Source: Naegleria gruberi
Taxonomy: Eukaryota
Assembly: GCA_000004985.1 (NCBI GenBank)
Contig: GG738845.1
Strand: one strand, 5' to 3'
DNA: 64,000 nucleotides
Both the position numbers and the translations under genes were made by a program. Shown here in pieces: positions 22,901 to 33,569 of this stretch (positions within the stretch are counted from its first letter, which is position 1; every line of letters begins with the position of its first letter). A model generated the notes under the pieces. The model did not search any database, was not told the DNA's origin, and was given only the letters and a program-made list of their open reading frames with translations.

Positions 22901-24968
22901 AACTTGGAAAATGCCAATGGTTTTACAATTCGAAGCAATAGCAACTACCAATGCTCCAATTGAGGAGGTTTTTTCTGGACTAGTAGGAGATGTTCCAAAA
23001 GGCAAAACTTTGAGGAACATACAATCAGAAAAATCTTCTGAATTTGGAAGAATAAAATTCAATGAATGAATATTATAGTAAGAAGGTGAAGGTGGAAATA
23101 TTGTAGATTCATAGATGCTAGAGAGGTTGTGAGTGAGAGGGTTGACTGATTTTACGTGAATGACTTCAATACCTTTGTTTGTTGAGCAAAACAAATGAGG
23201 AGAAGTAGGAAACCATGAAATATTTGTTGCATTAATTTGAAAATCTTGAATATTGGTCAAAACATCTTTAGGGCTATAAAATGGTGTATCTCTTATATGC
23301 CATGCTACAAGATGGTTATTATCCTTATCTAATGATGCCATTATTGGTAGACTTGGGTGGCATTCCATATTTTTAACATCTCCAATATGTCCTGTAAATA
23401 CATTAAGTAATTCTAATTGAGGACGTTTAGCCAAGTTTAACTCCCAACTAGATAACATTCCATTTCTACTTTGTACATAGATTGTTAAAATTTTTGGAGT
23501 TGTAGAACCCAAATCAAGATTTGAATCATCAGCTGTTTTGTAAACCATTGATACATTTAATGGATCTTCAATACCTTTTAATGCATTAGGCATCTTTATC
23601 CACATGGAAGTTTTTGGAGTTCTTCTTGGAAAATCGGCCAATCCTTGTAATAAATCAATCATTAATGTACCATCAGATTGAACTGTTCCTAACCATGTTT
23701 GTGATTCGAATAGACCTGTATCAGAACTTGCTTTTTGAAGTTTAGTCTCCAAACTGATCTTTGTCTCACTCTCTAAAATTATATCCTTGTGATCACCTTC
23801 ATAAGACTTCTTTCTTTTTTTTCTGAGGTATTGTAGAAGTAGCTCATTTGGGCTCCTCTCATTAGCTGTATTTAACCATTGCACATTGGAAGGAGTTTCC
23901 TTTTCAATGATAGAACAAACATAAAATGACAAGTCTTCATTCTCGTTTGTTTCACTCCATACACGTACCACATTGTCAATAGATGTTGTCAATAAAACAT
24001 TAGCTGTAAATTCATCTCTTTGTTGTGATTGTATATCCTTAAATCTCCATGAGATGGAAGTAACTGAACGAGGATGAGGTAAATAAATGTAGGAAAAACT
24101 TTCTTCTTCATCATCCTCAATAGTTTGTGAAGTAGATTTTGGATCTACAATAGTAATTACTGGAGTAAATAATGATACTCTGACTTGAGGTTTGTTTCTA
24201 TACCAAACCTTTACAAGACGATCAAACTTGGACACTGTTGCAAAATATTTTTCATCTGGTGAATATGCAACTAAGTAAATTGGAGTTGGATTGTCATATT
24301 TCCAAACCATATTCCATTTCTAAACTATATTATAAATTTCTAAACATAAAGAAACATACATAAACTTGATTTCCTAGAATAGGTTTTCCTTCAAAAATCA
24401 TTGTAGTTTTTCCACCAACAATTAGTCTATCACCATAAAAATTCCAATCCATGCATTCGAATTCATCTGTTGAGTTAATAACCTGTTCAACAATCCAAGA
24501 AGGGCTCTTTTTCAAGGCACCATTGTCAACCTCATCTTCAACTGGAGAATAAATAACAATTTTTCCTCTTGAGCAAGCAGCAATTCTTCCATGAAGATTA
24601 CTCCATTTTACGCTGGTAATAGTTTCATCATGACCATCCAATAATTGAACAAAACTATTTCCACAATAAACCATAACATGTCTTCCGCTTGCAAAAGCAA
24701 TCACTTCATCACCCATAAATGTTGACCATGTAAAAGCTTGAGGATAGGGATTAATAGAACCAGGACAAACCTGCCAAGCATTAATCCCTTTTGATCTGTT
24801 GATACTTGGTGTTGTCTGTTGTTCCGTTGCATTGGATCCTAATATATTTAAACCGTTTGAGAAGATATTTCCTCCAAACGATGATGAAGAACCAGCAGGT
24901 GTAGAGGGAGTACTTTTTGGTGTATTAACCAAAGGAGTAGTGGTTCCGCTCGAAACACCGTTAAACAT
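16928..24968 (-). CDS. DMXL: DmX-like / rabconnectin-3 alpha / Rav1 homolog (V-ATPase assembly regulator), 4 exons, ~2636 aa
   Basis: The exons are 24968..24360, 24319..22780, 22733..19420 and 19375..16928. The introns are 24320..24359 (gtatgt...gtttag, 40 nt), 22734..22779 (gtaagtcat...ctgtag, 46 nt) and 19376..19419 (gtaagtat...gaatag, 44 nt). All phases are consistent and the total is 7911 nt. The N-terminus AWQVCPGSINPYPQAFTWSTFMGDEVIAFASG...LDGHDETITSVKWS matches the DMXL N-terminal WD region. The exon 2 start ...VAYSPDEKYFATVSKFDRLVKVWY matches the DMXL 'FSPDG.FFATAGKDD.LLKVWY' block. C-terminal WD repeats are GGADGSVFMWQ, GCSNGHITVWD and SGGDGRI. It joins four separate track ORFs. Confidence 0.72.
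19925..20440 (-). repeat. In-frame coding tandem repeat (~75-nt unit x ~7) encoding a 25-aa Gly/Met/Ser/Asn-rich unit inside exon 3 of the rabconnectin gene
   Basis: The protein reads ...SGNLSSGTLGGFGGMSGMGMSNSMA SGNLSSGTLSGFGGMSGMGMGNSMS..., about 7 imperfect copies. On the + strand the DNA shows the recurring unit cattcccataccactcattccaccaaatccactyaaagttccac. The antisense Pro-rich ORF 19829..20455 is the mirror image of this periodicity. Confidence 0.85.
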
Positions 24969-25113
24969 TTTTTTTAAATAGATTTTTTAATACGTAAATC
25001 TAAAATAGGTTTATTAATTTAATAAATACCTAATTATTTTTTATTTATTTATTAAAAATATTTTTCGTCACCTTTTGCAAAGTAGATGTAATTTTAACGA
25101 AATAATTTACATT

Positions 25114-25668
25114 TTATTCTAAAACCATTTTTTCTTCATTTTCCTTTTGTTCCTTACTTCCATTATATACAAGTCTATCAAAGGAGCCAAATATTTTTTC
25201 CTTATCAGGAATATCAAGGTTTGTTAGGATGGCAGGTATCTTTGACATTATTTTTGGAAGTTTGGGTATTGGATTTTCTTTTGTTAGTTCATCACTCGAC
25301 AAACAATGTGCAAATATACAACAATTTTCATCCTTTACATTTTTTTGAACAAAAGTCTTGTACCAAAATTCCAATTCCTTTACATGATTAATGTTTGAAG
25401 GATTATACACTATAATACATCCGTTCATGTCCTTCATTATTGCAGGCCAACAATTTTCGAAATTTCGATCTCCAGAAATATCCCAAAGTTCTACCGACAC
25501 CTTTTCCATTGATTGCATCTCTCTATCACATTCGCAAATTCTTAGACCCATAGTTGGTCTGTATTCATTTGAAAATTCCTTATATCCACTAAGAAAATTA
25601 CAAATAGCACTCTTGCCACTCTTTTTTGGTCCAACAACAATAAGTTTTACAGTTTGTGAGTCACTCAT
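25114..25668 (-). CDS. IFT22: Intraflagellar transport protein 22 (IFT22 / RABL5), atypical small GTPase
   Basis: It begins MSDSQTVKLIVVGPKKSGKSAICNFL. The blocks ELWDISGDRNFENCWPAIMKDMNGCIIVYNP and ELEFWYKTFVQ are collinear with human IFT22: FELWDCGGDAKFESCWPALMKDAHGVVIVFN and MEMWYSCFVQ. It is 184 aa. The ATG is at 25668. Confidence 0.75.
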   Translation of the reverse strand: MSDSQTVKLIVVGPKKSGKSAICNFLSGYKEFSNEYRPTMGLRICECDREMQSMEKVSVELWDISGDRNFENCWPAIMKDMNGCIIVYNPSNINHVKELEFWYKTFVQKNVKDENCCIFAHCLSSDELTKENPIPKLPKIMSKIPAILTNLDIPDKEKIFGSFDRLVYNGSKEQKENEEKMVLE

Positions 25669-25908
25669 TTTTTTTGTAGTTTTATTGGCACTCTCCCGCC
25701 AATATGCAAAAGAATAAGAATAGAATTTGTAAACCGGTTATTTCTCTTGAAGTTTTCGTCCACCATTCGAATGTTAGAGGTCATAACCGATATTTGATGC
25801 TGGTACCTTATTGCACCACTTAAAAATTTAGAGTCCCCACTAAACAATAACGGGCAACAAATTGAAAAATTTGCCAAGTCAAAAAAAGACACCAAACTGG
25901 CTTGAACG

Positions 25909-26652
25909 ATGCACTTCACAAAACCAATTGAAATTCCTCTCAACAGGTCCACATACCACGAATTAGACTACAATAGATATTGCCAACACTTTAGAACTAT
26001 TTCTAAACCTACCACACACCCATGTGTTAGTAAACAGAAGAAACCTATTCTGTTGGAACATCCCAAGATGCTTTCAAATTTGCACAAGAACTTTTCTTCA
26101 CAATCCATGAAAAAATTGGAGAAAGAAATATTGTTTTCACAACCTATTTTGAAACAATCATATGCGCTGCATGAAGATGAGCTATTAGAAGAAATGGTTT
26201 GCATGATTAAGAATCATAAACTCGCAAAACAAAAGGTCAACTCTACACAAGAGCCAGTTCATCAATCAGATAACGAAGAAACCAGAAGATTATTTGTTTC
26301 CAATTCACTTACAATCAAATTTCTAGAAGAACAGGATGTTGTCTTGATTACAGTATCTGAAGAATTACAAATTTCACAAGTGGTGGATGCCAATTTTCAT
26401 TTAAAGGTTGGGAGAATTGTTAAAAAATTAGAGTTTGATGAGTGTTTAGTAGAAGTTGGAACTAATGACATTGTTACTGTGCCATCATTCTGTCTCTGTC
26501 TAGAAGATAGGGTTTTGTTTGATAGAATGCAAACTATGAGAAATAAGATGATATTCAGAAGAAGCAATGAAGAAATTAATGAATTGGAAATATCAATGGA
26601 AGAAAAACAAGATGTTTCCTCAAAACCAAAAAGAAAGTTCAAGAGTTGTTGA
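25909..26652 (+). CDS. Hypothetical protein (247 aa), no recognised domain
   Basis: It has a clean ATG at 25909 and an open frame to TGA at 26650-26652. It lies divergent from IFT22, about 240 nt away. The composition is typical of the neighbouring genes. Confidence 0.4.
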   Translation: MHFTKPIEIPLNRSTYHELDYNRYCQHFRTISKPTTHPCVSKQKKPILLEHPKMLSNLHKNFSSQSMKKLEKEILFSQPILKQSYALHEDELLEEMVCMIKNHKLAKQKVNSTQEPVHQSDNEETRRLFVSNSLTIKFLEEQDVVLITVSEELQISQVVDANFHLKVGRIVKKLEFDECLVEVGTNDIVTVPSFCLCLEDRVLFDRMQTMRNKMIFRRSNEEINELEISMEEKQDVSSKPKRKFKSC

Positions 26653-26883
26653 GCTGTCAAATTAATTTGTAAAACAACAAATGAATGGTAGAAAGAACTT
26701 AATTGAATTAAATGAGAAAGAAAGCTTAATGAAGAATTGATGTATGAATTCAAATCAGACAATTTGATAATATTTTACAACAAACCAGTTAACAGTTTTT
26801 TGCAATAAAGTGCAATGTACGATCAATCATAAAGGTTTGAAGATTTTAAACAACGTTATTACCATCTGGCCAAGTTTTATTTT

Positions 26884-27921
26884 TTAAAAAGAGAAGAAAT
26901 GATCACCACGTTTCATTTCTAATTTTTCTTCCAAAACCTTCTTCATTGCAGCCAACATTGGTGGAGGTCCACACATTAAAATATTCATCTTATCACCCTT
27001 TGCTGGCAAGTACTTTTCAATCAATTCTTGAGTAATAAAACCAACACCTTGAGTCCAACCAGCTGGTGGTTCGTTCAAAACATTGAAAAGAGTAAAGTTC
27101 TTGTGTTTAGATGCCAATTCCTCGAGTCTATCACGCAAAATGATATCTTGTTCAGTCAAATTACCATATAATAAACTAACTTCAGTCTTGTCATCTTCAT
27201 GTTTGAGAATTTCTTCAATAACTTGTAACATTGGAGTAATACCAGTACCACCGGCAATCATACCCAATTTGTTATACTTGTTCTTTTCATATGTAAAACG
27301 TCCCTTTGGACCACTAACCAAAATACTTTCTCCAACTTGCATATTTTCCAAATGTTGGGTCATTAATCCTTTTGGATAAATTTTGGCAACAACATCGAAG
27401 AATCCCTTATCATCATTAGATGATGTTGGTGTATAGCTTCTAGCGATTTCTTCTCCATTGATTGAAGCCCTATTACAACAATTATTCCGATTGTTAAAAA
27501 GGATAGTAGATTACACTTACTTCAAGGAAATGTGTTGACCGACTGGTAAACCCAAGCACTTTCCAGTTGGAAGTTCAAATCTAAAGAGACGAACTGGGCA
27601 TTTAACTTCAGGACCATCGGTAAGAGTGATCTTTTTGATGAGTTTGAATGGTCTATATTCTTCGGTGGAGAGAACACCTTCACTCTTTACAGCAGCAGTA
27701 GTATTACTGGTAGTGCTGATTGGTTTGGTTGGTTTACTACCCATAAGTTTTTTAATTAAAACTGAAAAAGCTACTATAGCAAAAGCTGTTACTCCAAGTG
27801 TTGTCAAATCTCCGGAGAGAAGTCTTTCAATTNNNNNNNNNNNNNNNNNNNNNNNNNNNNNNNNNNNNNNNNNNNNNNNNNNGATCTTCATTAATTCGAA
27901 ATAGATTAAAGTTGATTTCAA
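26884..27921 (-). CDS. CYB5R: NADH-cytochrome b5 reductase (membrane-anchored); 2 exons; the 5' exon is interrupted by a scaffold gap
   Basis: Exon 1 runs from about 27921 to 27521 and contains the N run 27833..27882, so the start is uncertain (MKI-gap-...). It has the TM anchor LTTLGVTAFAIVAFSVLIKKL and the FAD domain FRFELPTGKCLGLPVGQHISLK. The intron is 27470..27520 (gtaagtgtaa...gtaatag, 51 nt, phase 2). Exon 2 is 27469..26884: ASINGEEIARSYTPTSSNDDKGFF...MIAGGTGITPMLQV...CGPPPM. It aligns with human CYB5R3 across the splice junction. Confidence 0.82.
27833..27882. other. Run of 50 N: an assembly or scaffold gap of unknown true length
   Basis: Literal n characters occur in the sequence, inside CYB5R exon 1. 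Confidence 0.99.
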
Positions 27922-27995
27922 AAATTAATGCATGTATTTTACGGCTGTTGATTTTAAATTGATTTAAATTATTATTTATTAGTTTTGAAACTTCT

Positions 27996-29955
27996 TTAAT
28001 TGGACCAAACATCCTTTTGATATCTGTGACCTAATTTTTCCAAATAATCTTGGGCATCCTTTTCAGTCATTCTACCATATTTTTGAATACTGTTCAACAT
28101 TACATTTTCTACATCCTTTGCCATATGTTTAGCATCACCACAAATGTAGAAATAGCCACCATTATTCAAAAAGTTGAATAATTCTTCACTTCTAGATTCT
28201 AATCTATGTTGAACGTAAACCTTATTTCCTTGATCTCTAGAGAAGGCAACATCTAAAAGAGAAATAACACCATCTCTTTCTGCCTTTTCCATTTCTTCAC
28301 TATAAATATAATCTTCACCTCTCTTTCTACAACCAAAATAGAGATGACATGGTCCTAGTTCAACTCCTCTATTCTTCATAGCTGTTCTTTGTTCAAGGAA
28401 TCCAAGGAATGGAGCAATACCAGTACCAGGTCCAACCATGATAACAGGAGTCTTTGGATCTTGTGGAAGACGGAAACTTGATTGACGAACATAAATAAAA
28501 GCCTTTTTGTCTACATCAATTCTTTCCAAATATGATGAACAGACACCTTCCTTGTTTGCTCCGATTGGAGTAGTATACTTGACAACAGCAACAACGGCGG
28601 AAATAGTATTTGGATGTAATTGAGATGAGGAAGCAATAGAGTAGTAACGAACTTGCATCTTTGGAACAATTTCTAAAAGGCCGTCAACTGGTAACTTGAC
28701 AGATGTGAAATGATTCAAAACCTCAAGAACATTACGACATCCTTCCTTAACAAAAGAATTGTACTTGGCTTTACCCTCCTCGCTATTTGAAGCAAGAAGT
28801 TTGAGTTCAGTACGTTCAGATTCATTTTGAGCATAGTGAGCCATAACTTTGAAAGCTTTCTTCTTTGCGAGTTCATTAAGATCCATATAATAAGTGAATG
28901 CAATTCTGAGAGTCATTGCATCCTTTGGGAAATAACTAGCCAATCTGTTATCTTTGTGATTTCTCAATTGGAATGGTGCATCGGCTTGTTCATTAGTAAT
29001 TCCGATTCTAGCCAAATAAGCATTTACCAAATTTTCATTATTAGCTGGATAGACAGCCAAGTGATCGCCTGCTTCATATTTGATTCCACTATCAGTAATG
29101 TTGAAATCTACATGAACAGTACTTCTATTATCCGATCCAGAACTCTTCAACAATTGTTCCTTCTTACTAATGGTAGCCAAGAATGGGTGTTTAGCATCAG
29201 GAGCAGAACTTGATGATTTGAATGGGGTCATGGCAATATTCTTCTTTAAGAAGTCGAGAGTAAACTTTGGTTCATATTCCTCTTCTTCTTCTGTAATGGT
29301 TGTAGAGAAAATGTCAGAAGCTGTCAATAACATGTGTGACTTCCATTCTTCAAAATCTTCTTCAATATCAGCATCAGCATCACCTTCTCCCTTTCTAAAG
29401 AATCTTTCACCACCGAGCTCTTCAAATCTTTTATCAAAGAATCTCGCCATTGCTTGGTAAATCTTGTATTGCTTGTTACCCAATCCAAAAACAGAAAACT
29501 TGACACCTGAAAGCATATCAGAGGAAATACTTGTGTCTTTGTAGTATTCATAAAAATCACGAGCGTTATCAGTTGGTTCACCCTCACCGTAAGTTGCAAC
29601 CATTAGGATGACAAGTTTTTCATTTGAAATTTGGTCAGGCTCAAAGTCAACCATATCCTTAGCAACAGCATTAAAGCCGTACTTTTTAGCATCTTGTGCT
29701 AATGTATTAGAGAATTCTTCAGCTGTACCTGTTTGAGAACCATAGAGAATGAGCATCTTTGGCCTTCCATCATCAACATATTCCTTGCTAAAGTTTAAAA
29801 TTATTTTAAATTTAATTATCTTATACAGTAGAAAATAAAACCTACTTTTCTTCTTCAACTTCTTCTTCGGTTTCTTGGTTATCCGATCTCAGGACAAACC
29901 AGTAGGTAAAGAAAGCACCAATAGCAGCCAAAAATCCATATAAAATGTAACTCAT
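27996..29955 (-). CDS. CPR: NADPH-cytochrome P450 reductase (CPR), 2 exons
   Basis: Exon 1 is 29955..29846 with the signal anchor MSYILYGFLAAIGAFFTYWFVLRSDNQETEEEVEEE. An alternative ATG at 30031 is possible. The intron is 29788..29845 (gtaggtttt...ctttag, 58 nt). Exon 2 is 29787..27996. It has the FMN domain MLILYGSQTGTAEEF...YGEGEPTDNA, the FAD motif RYYSIASS, the NADPH motif GPGTGIAPF, and the C-terminal DVWS. Confidence 0.88.
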
Positions 29956-30175
29956 TTTTTTTTGCTTGTTTGAGGTACAGTCGGTAGGTATCCTTTTAGT
30001 TTTTATTGCGCACAAGTATGGTCGCATACAGTCGGGAGTGATGCCAGGACAAAGGTCAATCAATACGCGTCGGAATACATGTTTTTTGTGCGGTAGGTAG
30101 TTGGAATATTAATTCATAATTATTAGAATTATTTAAATACATTGTATTTAATTATTAAGTTAAATTTTTAAAACA

Positions 30176-30673
30176 ATGATTATTCGGTTTTCTAAAAAAT
30201 TAAAAATGAACGAACAATCAGAGGGAACAAAAAATATTCAACAGGACAGTCAAGAAGATGATCAACTGGAAAAGAAAAGATCCACCTATAGAGAAAGAAG
30301 TAATTCTGCAGTTAAATCTGCACAAATCACTTCGGAAAATCAATCACATACTAAAAATTTGGAAGAATTAACCGAGGAAATGTTTTCGGATTTTATTCAA
30401 TTATTGCAAGGAGAAATGCAAGCAGGATTTAACGAACTTGATTTATTACAACAAATGAATGGAGCCATCTCCAAGAAATATGAAAATTTGAATGGTAGAG
30501 TGGATATTGTTCATTCAAATCTTCAAAAAATGATGAAACTTTATGAAAATTTACAAAATAATTTTCAAGAAGTCGATGCTATTGATCAATCTGTTTCTGA
30601 ATTGGCCAATGTTGTAAATTATTTAGATCATTACACAAAACAATTAGAACTTCAATTAAAACCTTATTTATAA
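30176..30673 (+). CDS. Small coiled-coil protein, BLOC-1 subunit 2 (BLOS2)-like
   Basis: It is 165 aa. The block EMFSDFIQLLQGEMQAGFNELDLLQQMN...YENLQNNFQEVDAIDQSVSELANVVNYLDHYTKQLE is collinear with human BLOC1S2: DMFSKMATYLTGEL...YKLLENMN...[30 protein letters not shown]. It lies divergent from CPR, about 220 nt away. Confidence 0.5.
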   Translation: MIIRFSKKLKMNEQSEGTKNIQQDSQEDDQLEKKRSTYRERSNSAVKSAQITSENQSHTKNLEELTEEMFSDFIQLLQGEMQAGFNELDLLQQMNGAISKKYENLNGRVDIVHSNLQKMMKLYENLQNNFQEVDAIDQSVSELANVVNYLDHYTKQLELQLKPYL

Positions 30674-30807
30674 AAAAAATTAAAAATACAAATACCTCGG
30701 TTATCAAGACAACTTCAAAATCTCGTTCCGATTTCTAAAAAACAAAAGTTGAACCAAATATTACTGTTATTTTATAACAAACATTTTTTATCAGAAAGGT
30801 TGGGAAA

Positions 30808-31890
30808 ATGGGAGTCGGTATATGTCTTGTTAATAATCCTCATTCACTAGAGTGGAGTCCCTTTATTGAAAATCAACTTGCTGTGGCAACCTCAAACAGA
30901 CCAGGTCATACACCAATTTCTGGCATTATTTATTTACTCTCTTTTTTACCAAAGAACGAAATTGAAATTGAACATCAAATTCAGCTAAATGTTGGATGTC
31001 AACATATCCTTTGGTCACACAGAAACGAAAGTATTCTTCTCAGTTCCTGTCATGATAATGTATTAAGATTTTTTGATACACAGAATACAGATTGTATGTA
31101 TAGAGAATGGTTCGATACTCAAAGTATCTCAAATTTGGATTGGGATAAAATCTCTCTAGAGTGGATAATAACAGGAGGAATAGATTCATCTATCAAGTTG
31201 TATCATGAAAATCAAGATTCCAATGAATCTCTTCAAACATTTCACACTAAAAAACATGAACTTGTCATTAAGGAACAAGAATCAAATTTGGAAAGTATTG
31301 ATGATTTGCAGGCCCCTCCTATTCATGATATTCAGTGGAATACTCATTCTCCCATGCAATTTCTCACTACTGATAGAGATGGTTTTGTGTGCTTATGGGA
31401 TTTGAGACAAGAGGAAGATCCTTGTGTTAAATCGTTTAGAATTCATAACAAGACATGTGCCTTAAAAATGGATTTGAATATATTTGATGAAAACTCTTTA
31501 GCTTTGGGATGTTTTGATAATTCATTAATGACCTATGATTTGAGAAATGTGAAGAAACCAAAATCTATTCTATCTAACATTCACTACTCCCAAATAACGT
31601 CAACACAATGGAGTCCACATACGCAACATTTAGTGGCTACAAGCTCCACTGATAGAACATTAAGGATATGGGACATGAGAGAATCAAATAACCTATTGCA
31701 ATTCAATAATGATACCCCAAATGATTCATACGAGACTGAAGTTAGTTTTGGAGGGAGAGTGTCAAATTTTAAAAATCAAAAGATGGAAGATTGGGTGAAT
31801 GATATTGCATGGAATATTCATGAAGTTGGTTTGATGGCTCTATGTTGTAATGATCAACTTGTAAAGGCCTACAATATTAAAGAAGATTAG
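30808..31890 (+). CDS. PEX7: Peroxin-7 (PTS2 receptor), WD40
   Basis: It begins MGVGICLVNNPHSLEWSPFIENQLAVATSN, the PEX7 N-terminal signature. The WD repeats are ...SCHDNVLRFFD, ITGGIDSSIKLY, TTDRDGFVCLWDLR and TSSTDRTLRIWDMR. It ends ...DQLVKAYNI. It is 360 aa and a single exon. Confidence 0.75.
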   Translation: MGVGICLVNNPHSLEWSPFIENQLAVATSNRPGHTPISGIIYLLSFLPKNEIEIEHQIQLNVGCQHILWSHRNESILLSSCHDNVLRFFDTQNTDCMYREWFDTQSISNLDWDKISLEWIITGGIDSSIKLYHENQDSNESLQTFHTKKHELVIKEQESNLESIDDLQAPPIHDIQWNTHSPMQFLTTDRDGFVCLWDLRQEEDPCVKSFRIHNKTCALKMDLNIFDENSLALGCFDNSLMTYDLRNVKKPKSILSNIHYSQITSTQWSPHTQHLVATSSTDRTLRIWDMRESNNLLQFNNDTPNDSYETEVSFGGRVSNFKNQKMEDWVNDIAWNIHEVGLMALCCNDQLVKAYNIKED

Positions 31891-31969
31891 ATGCGTGATT
31901 GGAAGCTGGTAAAATATTACTGTCGCCCTATTTTATCTCCTTTCTTTTTTTAACTTTCTAATAAAAAAA

Positions 31970-33544
31970 ATGTCAGCAGAGAAACTGAAAGAAGCAGACA
32001 GTCTCGAAAAAGAGGGAAAGAAACTGTAGGTTTGGTTTTAAATATGTTCGGATAGTATAACGTAGTTAAATATTAGAACTGAACGATCATTATTTCGTTG
32101 GTCACCTGATTGGGATACAGCTGCTTCAAAATTTGAAAAAGCATCCTTGTTATATAAAAATTTAGGAAAGGATGATAAAGCTGTTGAGTGCTACTTGAGA
32201 GCAGGTATGTGGTCTTCCTACTAAAATATTAATAATAATTGAATATAAATTAATTTAGGAGTTTGTCATGAAAAGAATAAAATGTTCTACTCTGCAGGAA
32301 AATCCTATGAAATGGCAGCCAACATTTATCAAAATACAATTAAAGACTACATCAGTGCCTTTAAAAATTATAAAGATGCAGCCCGTCTCTATCTTGATGA
32401 TGGAAAGAATGATCGTGCAGCTGAGGTTCTTGTCAAGGCAGCAAAATCAATGGAAAAGGAACCAAATTGTTTGAATCAATGTGTGGAACTATACAAGGAA
32501 GGAATTGAAGCTTCAACCATGAATGGAAAATATCACAATGTAACTGATATTCTTCGTAATTTTAATAACTTTCTAATAAGACATAAATTATATACTGAAG
32601 CTATTCAAAATTTAGAAACACAAATTAATGCTTTTAGATCTCTATCTCAACCAAACAATGAAAGAAAAGCCATGCTGGCGATTATTATTCTCTATTTGAA
32701 GAATGATGACCCAGTTGCTGCTCAAAATGCTTTGGACAAATTCACCAATGATAGTGGATCTTCTGGATTTTGTGAGAATGATGAAGGTGACGTTGCAATT
32801 CAATTAGTGAGTTCTTTTGAAAATAGAGATGAAAGAATGTTGGATCAAGCAAAAACAAGCTCTGTAATCAAGTTTTTGGAAGGTCCAGTCTCAAAGATTG
32901 GTTTGACATTGTCATTAAACCCTCTTCTTGATGAACTCAATGAAAAGAAAAAGAAGGCAAACACTCCAGTCAGCCCTTCAGTGAGTGGCACAGCAAAAGG
33001 CGGAACTAGGTCTAGCTCTAGCTCTGGTGGTAAGGCTAGAGGTAAGGCAGCACTTTTCGATACTGGTAGTGATGATGAAGAGGAAGATCCTAAGGCATCC
33101 AGAAGAACTGGTAATAACTCATTCTTATCTGGTAGCAGTAGCAGTACAAACAAACCAAAAACAGCCTTTGCTCAAATGCCTTCAAAAGAGGAATTGACAG
33201 CCCTTCAAAAAAAGCAAGAAGCAGCTTTCGAACAAAGACAACAGGAGCGTAGGGAAAGATTGGAAAGAGGAGAATCTGAATTCGATGATGACGAAGAAGA
33301 GGATGGACAAGATGCAGAGATTCCAAATGGAGAGGGAGACGACTTGACTGGTGCAACTGATTCAAAACAAAAAGCACCACAATCAAACGATGATGACGAT
33401 CTTGAATATGTTCCCTCAACTAAACCAACACAACAAACAGATGATTTCTCTAAACCAGTAGGAATCGCTCCTTCTGCCCCAGCCGAAATTGACGATGAGG
33501 AAGATGAAAACCAAGATATTTTCGACCCTACCGATCTTACTTAA
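31970..33544 (+). CDS. Gamma-soluble NSF attachment protein (gamma-SNAP)-like, 3 exons, with a long acidic/Ser-rich C-terminal extension
   Basis: Exon 1 is 31970..32025 (MSAEKLKEADSLEKEGKK-L). Intron 1 is 32026..32076 (gtaggtt...tattag, 51 nt). Exon 2 is 32077..32204 (TERSLFRWSPDWDTAASKFEKASLLYKNLGKDDKAVECYLRA). Intron 2 is 32205..32258 (gtatgt...aatttag, 54 nt). Exon 3 is 32259..33544 (VCHEKNKMFYSAGKSYEMAANIYQ...). The N-terminal 300 aa are collinear with gamma-SNAP (LKWKPDYDSAASEYGKAAVAFKNAK...). The tail from about residue 320 onward is S/G/D/E-rich. Confidence 0.65.
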
Positions 33545-33569
33545 AAAACTTATTAAAGCTTGTAGTATT

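Noticed and set aside
32845-33419. ORFs of 70-109 aa antisense to or overlapping the gamma-SNAP C-terminal region.
   Set aside because: They lie within the acidic or Ser-rich coding tail of a supported gene. Low-complexity repeats keep alternative frames open.
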